A stretch of 64,000 bases of DNA from Octopus bimaculoides (lineage: Eukaryota): NCBI RefSeq assembly GCF_001194135.2, contig NC_069004.1, positions 16,559,099-16,623,098 on the forward strand, read 5' to 3'. Position numbers and translations under genes: made by a program. This document shows positions 63,497 through 64,000 of this stretch, one piece after another; position 1 is the first letter of the stretch, and each line of letters opens with the position of its first letter. The notes below the pieces were generated by a model, which saw only the letters and a list, made by a program, of their open reading frames with translations, was not told the DNA's origin and ran no database searches.

Positions 63497-63688
63497 GGAG
63501 GCGCAATGGCCCAGTGGTTAGGGCAGCCGGACTCACAGTCATAGGATCGCGGTTTCGATTCCCAGACTGGGCGTTGTGAGTGTTTATTGAGCGAAAACAC
63601 CTAAAGCTCCACAAGGCTCCGGCAGGGGATGGTGACAAACCCTGCTGTACTCTTTCACCGCAACTTTCTCTCACTCTTACTTCCTGCA
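63497..63688 (+). mobile_element. tRNA-derived SINE family D, 3' truncated
   Basis: A box TGGCCCAGTGG (63507) and B box GGTTTCGATTCC (63551), followed by non-tRNA body. Confidence 0.75.
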
Positions 63689-64000
63689 TTTTATCAGAGA
63701 ATACATTTTAAGCATGATTTTAGTGATAAATAACGACTTAGTGAAACAACTTGTTCGGTCACTATTGGTCTTTTGTCCCTTATTTGAATTTGGTCCAAAT
63801 AACTTACAACATATAATTTTAACCATATATTACCAGTATGATTTAGTAAATATACAAATGATTCCCCTTATTAAACAGATACATGCATTATTATTTTTTA
63901 ATAAATTTGTAATAACTTATTTTTCATATGCAGTATATTAAAAAAAAAAAACTTCCCCTTAGTAATATCATTTTACCCAAAAATAATATATATATATATA

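Overview
AT-rich, microsatellite- and retroposon-dense eukaryotic DNA. The repeat families and the scaffold N-gaps look like an Octopus-type cephalopod draft assembly (taxon is inference). The window lies entirely inside one plus-strand gene, a p160/SRC nuclear receptor coactivator (co-ortholog of NCOA1/2/3 and Drosophila taiman). I could chain 11 coding exons (2312-55959; 3752 nt, about 1250 codons) with GT-AG sites and consistent phases. They encode the end of PAS-A, PAS-B, a Q/S/N-rich linker, five LxxLL boxes, a CBP/p300-binding-like segment and a P/Q-rich region. The bHLH start and the C-terminus lie outside the window. The introns hold mariner, piggyBac, Helitron, Penelope-like, RTE, CR1/L2 and R4/Dong remnants and several tRNA-derived SINE families. 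The best leads are: (1) a tRNA-headed (Pol III) element at 6.95-7.26 kb carrying a Penelope-type minimal hammerhead ribozyme fold and a perfect inverted duplication of its 5' end, i.e. a possible SINE-retrozyme hybrid; (2) a ~4 kb CpG-retaining island with promoter motifs in the middle of the 21.9 kb PAS-B intron, with a candidate antisense first exon (ATG GCC|GTAAGT); (3) exon architecture that would let splicing toggle the NR boxes. All were read by eye, with no searches run. No prokaryotic systems or CRISPR arrays are present.
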